Shown here piece by piece: positions 62,794 through 64,000 of a DNA stretch of 64,000 nucleotides. This stretch comes from a virus. The stretch's first letter is position 1. Every line of letters begins with the position of its first letter. Where the stretch lies: positions 10,146 to 74,145 of the IMG/VR virus record IMGVR_UViG_3300020195_000020, one strand, 5' to 3'. A program made the translations under genes and the position numbers. Under the pieces are notes generated by a model. The model saw only the letters and a list, made by a program, of their open reading frames with translations, was not told the DNA's origin and did no database searches.

Positions 62794-63876
62794 CTAGGCC
62801 GCGTCACGGCCCACGATGGCGCCCGTGGTCGCATGCTCAAAGATCAACCCCGGCTCGGCCGCGGGCTCGGACACCTCGACCGCGGCGGGCTCGGCCACGA
62901 TCGGCGGCGCCAGCTCGGCCAGCTTTGCCCCCTTGGTCCGGCGGGTAAACTCCGCCGCGCCCGGATACTTGAACATGCCGCGCAGATCGGCCACCAGCTT
63001 GGCGCCGTCGTATCGGCCGAACGTGTCCGCATCCGCGCAATAGACCGTCACGGCCCGGCAATCATCCGCGACCGCTTCGACCACGGCCGCGGGTTCGGCC
63101 AGCTCCAATCGGGCCAGCTCCTGGCGGACACGATCGGCCATCGTGGGATTCTGCCGCATATCGTGCCGCCAGAATCTGGCCGCGCCGTCGGGCCCATTGT
63201 CGGCCGCCAGCGGCATTAGCACCGATGAACAGATCCGCCCGTCCGGGTGCGCGACCTGCAACGTGCACGCCCGCTCCGGATCTTTGATGAACAGCGTCAC
63301 GCCGCGCGAATCGTCGCTAGTGGCCAGCACGCGCGCGACGTCGCACAACTCCGCCAGGAAACGCGGATCCAACGTGATGGCGGTCCCGTCTGCGACGTCC
63401 GAATAGGCGAAAACGTCGCGCCATTTGGGAAAGCGCCCCATGCCCCGGGCATCGGCAATTGAGAATTCGGCCGCGCCATCGGTCGCACGAATCGGCAAGC
63501 GGCGCTCAATAGGCGCATCTTCCGGCGCCCCCTTGGCCGCGGGGATAATCGGGCCATTTTCGTCGATGAACACAAACCCCAGCTCCGGCCGGCGCTTGAT
63601 CGCCTTACGGTCCAACTTCCACGCGCAGACCTGGCGGACCGCTTCGGCGGAAACCAGCACCGAAAACTCCGGCGAGGGGACCACGCCCGCGGGCGCCAGG
63701 GGGTGCGCTTCCGGCTCGGTCCACTTGTACGCCGTCAGCCGGCGGCCATCGGTGGCGACCGCGACCGCGGATCCGTCGGCGCACCGCTCCAGCAGAATAC
63801 AACCCAGCGCGTATCGGCTGGACGATTGGTCGCAGACCTTGGTCAATTGCTTGAACGTCTCAATAGAAATTAGCAT
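62794..63876 (-). CDS. DNA polymerase III beta-clamp-like protein (partial clamp fold plus C-terminal extension)
   Basis: SSRYALGCILLE; AVATDGRRL; GRFPKWRDVF; ITLDPRFLAEL; SVLMPL. Confidence 0.75.
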   Translation of the reverse strand: MLISIETFKQLTKVCDQSSSRYALGCILLERCADGSAVAVATDGRRLTAYKWTEPEAHPLAPAGVVPSPEFSVLVSAEAVRQVCAWKLDRKAIKRRPELGFVFIDENGPIIPAAKGAPEDAPIERRLPIRATDGAAEFSIADARGMGRFPKWRDVFAYSDVADGTAITLDPRFLAELCDVARVLATSDDSRGVTLFIKDPERACTLQVAHPDGRICSSVLMPLAADNGPDGAARFWRHDMRQNPTMADRVRQELARLELAEPAAVVEAVADDCRAVTVYCADADTFGRYDGAKLVADLRGMFKYPGAAEFTRRTKGAKLAELAPPIVAEPAAVEVSEPAAEPGLIFEHATTGAIVGRDAA

Positions 63877-64000
63877 GGTAGACAGCTCCCCGGGCAGTCA
63901 CGCCCGATAGTAGGACCTGGCGGGCCGTGCGACGTGCACGGCTTGCGCCCGATCGTGGGCCAGCACAATGGCGGGCCCACGATCGGGCGCCCCCTGGCGA
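63874..64000. repeat. 127-bp exact direct repeat, copy 2 (runs off the window end)
   Basis: Identical to 62640-62766. Confidence 0.95.

Noticed and set aside
57981-63910. Leader hairpins as canonical CsrA sites for the phage CsrA
   Set aside because: CsrA prefers GGA in the loop; these loops carry GAC and the only GGA is the SD itself. Not excluded, but unsupported.
57981-64000. Repeats as a CRISPR array
   Set aside because: Units are separated by whole genes of 200-1400 bp, repeats are degenerate, and there are no cas genes

Overview
The whole window reads as part of a high-GC temperate tailed phage (siphovirus-like) genome. A Planctomycetota host is suggested by a DUF1559 prepilin/H-X9-DG gene. 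Layout: (1) head-tail morphogenesis on the + strand, 1-16.5 kb: major capsid, connectors, tail tube, a frameshifting chaperone, tape measure, baseplate, a repeat-rich fibre and Cys-rich proteins. (2) A lysogeny module, 16.5-20 kb: an RHH-prepilin fusion, a tyrosine integrase, a tRNA-Ser-like attP core and an HTH gene bracketed by paired operators. (3) Early/middle genes, 20-42 kb: CsrA, GNAT, HAD nucleotidase, HerA-like ATPase, DnaJ, gp37/gp68, ASCH, two DNA MTases, a replication initiator with iterons, an NTase and RuvC. (4) A block of mostly exported proteins, 42.6-55.5 kb: thioredoxin, S8 protease, MauG-like dihaem enzyme and sialidase, with no recognisable endolysin. (5) A convergent - strand array of small genes, 55.6-64 kb. 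Two observations stand out. First, eight genes of the - strand array carry the same covarying GAC-loop hairpin right before the Shine-Dalgarno, and the last units are separated by a 127-bp exact repeat with further covarying hairpins, giving a cassette-like architecture. Second, a ribbon-helix-helix DNA-binding domain is fused in frame as the leader of a type IV prepilin-like protein, so prepilin peptidase could release a transcription factor. All product calls come from motif recognition by eye; no database searches were run. Terminase and portal genes are not in the window.
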